From Mobula hypostoma (taxonomy: Eukaryota): a stretch of 64,000 nt of DNA. Both the position numbers and the translations under genes were made by a program. Location: positions 21,268,001-21,332,000 of the forward strand of contig NC_086118.1 of NCBI RefSeq assembly GCF_963921235.1, written 5' to 3'. The notes under the pieces are model-generated. The model had not been told where the DNA came from and ran no database searches. It saw nothing but the letters and a program-made list of their open reading frames with translations. Positions 61,515 through 64,000 of the stretch are shown piece after piece. The first letter of the stretch is position 1; every line of letters starts with the position of its first letter.

Positions 61515-62430
61515 AGTCAGAATCAAGTATATTATCACTGATGTGATGTGACATTTCTTGTTTTGCAGCAGAAGTTTTTATAGATTTTTATAAATGCACC
61601 GTAGAAAGCCTTCTTCTAGGGTGCATCACAACCTGGTATGGAAGCTGTCCTGTCCAAGACTGAAAGAAGCTGCAGAAGATCTGGAACACGGCACAGTACA
61701 TCACATCACACAAACCAATCTTCCATCCTTGGACTCACTTTAAACCACATGCTGTCGGAGCAGTGCTGCCAGGATAATCAAGGACACGACCCACCCAGCC
61801 AACACACTTTTCGTCCGTCTTCCCTCTGGGAGAAGGCTCAGGAGCTTGAAGACTCGTACGGCCAGATTTGGGAACAGCTTCTTTCCAACTGTGACGACTG
61901 CTGAACGGATCCTGACCCAGATCTGGGCCGTACCCTCCAAATATCTGGACCTGCCTCTCAGTTTTTTTGCACTACCTTACTTTCCATTTTTCTATTTTCT
62001 ATTTATGATTTATAATTTAAATTTTTAATATTTACTAATTTTTACTATTTTTAATATTTAATACTTGTAATCCAGGGAGTGGGAAGCACAGAATCAAATA
62101 TTGCTGTGATGATTGTACGTTCTAGTACCAATTGTTTGGCGACAATAAAGTATAAAGTATAATAAAGCACAGTGCAAAGACATAAAATTACTACAAATTA
62201 CAAAATACGTAAACAGTGCAAATAAACAGAATGGCAAGGTAGTGTTCTCGGGTTGCTTAGAAATCTGATGATGGGGGAGGAAGGAGCTGTTCCTAAGTCA
62301 TTGAGTGTGGGTCTTCAGGCTCCTGGAATTTCTCCAGGAGTAGTGATGGTAGAAATGAGAAGAGGTCACATGCTGGAAGGTTAATGATGGATGCTGCCTT
62401 TTTGAGGCACCACCTCTTTAACGTGGGGAG
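61515..62430 (-). mobile_element. Rex1 3' fragment, split by an opposite-strand Rex1
   Basis: tcagaatcaag tail at about 61518. Sequence resumes at about 62166 (cagtgcaaagacataaaattac...ggatgctgcctt). Confidence 0.7.
61575..62165 (+). mobile_element. Rex1/Babar 3' fragment, third subfamily
   Basis: FYKCTVES...GCITTWYG...LPSGRRLRSLKTRTARFGNSFFP. (ATAAAGT)n tail. Confidence 0.85.
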
Positions 62431-63179
62431 GTTTGTGAAAATGCAAATATTGTTACTTTAACATCTTTAAATTAAGAATACTTATTGGAAGAAAAGGTGC
62501 GTGTGTGGAGGTAGGAGGCAATTTGTCAATGAAAAGTCTACACTACATTTCATTCCCCACACAGAAATGCTGATGAAAATTACCCATGCACGTTATGTTG
62601 TGCACAGTAATTAAAGTAGATCATTCTTTGGCGCAGTTAGCTGTTTCCTGTATTTCTGATAGACAAATATTGTGTTTTTAATACCCTTGAGAATATAGGA
62701 ACGTGTGCAATCATAATTTATCTTTACATATTGTGAGAAATGCTATGACTTTAAATGATTAAAAGATTAAACAGCAATTGAATTTTTCACCAGAACAATA
62801 ATGGAGCTCTGGCCCTCACTATCTAAAAGGCCAGTGGAGGTGTAAACACTCACCTTGTAAAAGGTACTTCGCTAAGTTTCACCCACAGAGCCGGGATGAT
62901 CAGCTTTTTCTGACTGATTTGTGTAAGATGGGCCAGGTGGCCCCACTGTGATTCTATTAAATAATACTGAACATTTACCAATATTCAAAGCCCTCCCACC
63001 CACCCCAAGCTGAAATTCTCACAAGCAGTTTTTCATCAGTTAGTTACTCTCTCCTCGCTCTTCTCCAGCACTACTTTGCCAAGCAAAAATTCATCTTCCA
63101 GGCTGTCAAAAAGTTTACTCAAGGAATGACCCTGCTGAATTTCATTTATTGTCAGCAATGCTGCCTGTTAGAAAATGAG

Positions 63180-63390
63180 TTAAACTGGCCTCCCATCTGT
63201 ACTTTCGGGTGGATATAAAAGATTTCATTATACCAATTTAGAAAGCAAGTAACTATCCTATGCAAATAAAAATGATCTTGTTATTATCATAATGCTTTTT
63301 GGTTAAGTGGATGGGCATATTGGCTGCAAAGAGCATTGCATCTGTGACTGTACTTGAAAGGTACTACGTTTGTTATAAAGCCTTTGTAAA
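63180..63390 (+). mobile_element. Degraded Deu-domain SINE (SacSINE1/AmnSINE1-like)
   Basis: ggtggatataaaagatttcat...attggctgc...gtgactgtacttgaaaggtact...taaagcctttg follows the Deu-domain/L2-tail pattern as remembered. Confidence 0.45.
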
Positions 63391-63394
63391 AAGC

Positions 63395-63990
63395 TATGTG
63401 CTTAGCCCCCTGCTCTGTTCATTTTATAATTATGACTGTGAGGTCCAATGACATAGTTAACTTTGCTGACAACATCACTGTTGCTCACCAAATCAAAGGT
63501 GGTGACAAATCAGCAGATAGGAGGGAGACCGAGAGTCTGGCTGAATGGTGCCACAACAACAACCTCTCACTCAAGGTCAGCAAAGGCAAAGAGCTGATAA
63601 TTGACTCTAGGAGGTCCATGAGCCAGTCCTCATCAGGGAATCTGAAGTGGAGAGGGTTAGCAACTTTAAGTTCCTCAGCATTATCATTTTAGATGATCTA
63701 TCCTGGGTCCAGCACGTAACTGCACTACAAAGAAGTCATGGCAGCACCCCTACTTTCCTAGAAGTTTGCAAATATTCGGCATATCATCTAAAATACTGAC
63801 AAACTTCTATAGATGCACAGTGGAGAGTATACTGACTGCATGCATCATGGTCTGGAATGGAATCACCAATGCCCTTGAACAGAAAAGCCTACAAAAAGTA
63901 ATGGATACATCCTCGTTCATCGCAGGTAAAACCCTCCCTACCACGAAACACATCTACAAAGGGTACTGTCACAGGAAAGCAGCATCTCTC
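63395..63990 (+). mobile_element. Rex1/Babar RT and C-terminal fragment
   Basis: NFADNITV...LAEWCHNNNLSLKVSKGKELIID; FYRCTVESILT. Confidence 0.85.
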
Positions 63991-64000
63991 CCCCCCACCA

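Overview
This is repeat-dense, non-genic or intronic eukaryotic DNA, not a prokaryotic window. The repeat inventory (CR1 with esterase ORF1, Rex1/Babar, Penelope-like, RTE, Hero, L2, HE1-like and Deu-like SINEs) points to a cartilaginous fish, probably a ray; that assignment is an inference. No host gene could be identified, and every ORF with a recognisable product is retroelement-derived. The most interesting system is a Penelope-like (RT + GIY-YIG) family. A 4.2-kb head-to-head inverted insertion (26501-30711) has a perfect 16-bp target-site duplication (TSD), about 1.6-kb arms, a one-sided 39-nt terminal extension and a minimal hammerhead ribozyme in each terminal repeat. A 164-bp non-coding miniature has the same architecture and its own 13-bp TSD, and many older palindromic derivatives are scattered through the window. 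Also present: a near-full-length CR1, two solo LTRs (one with a 26-bp inverted duplication), an 80-bp hAT MITE family, ORF-less Rex-tailed elements (one with a 32-bp minisatellite), several nested insertions and two weak candidate exons. Family names come from motif recognition without database searches. Boundaries of degraded repeats are approximate.
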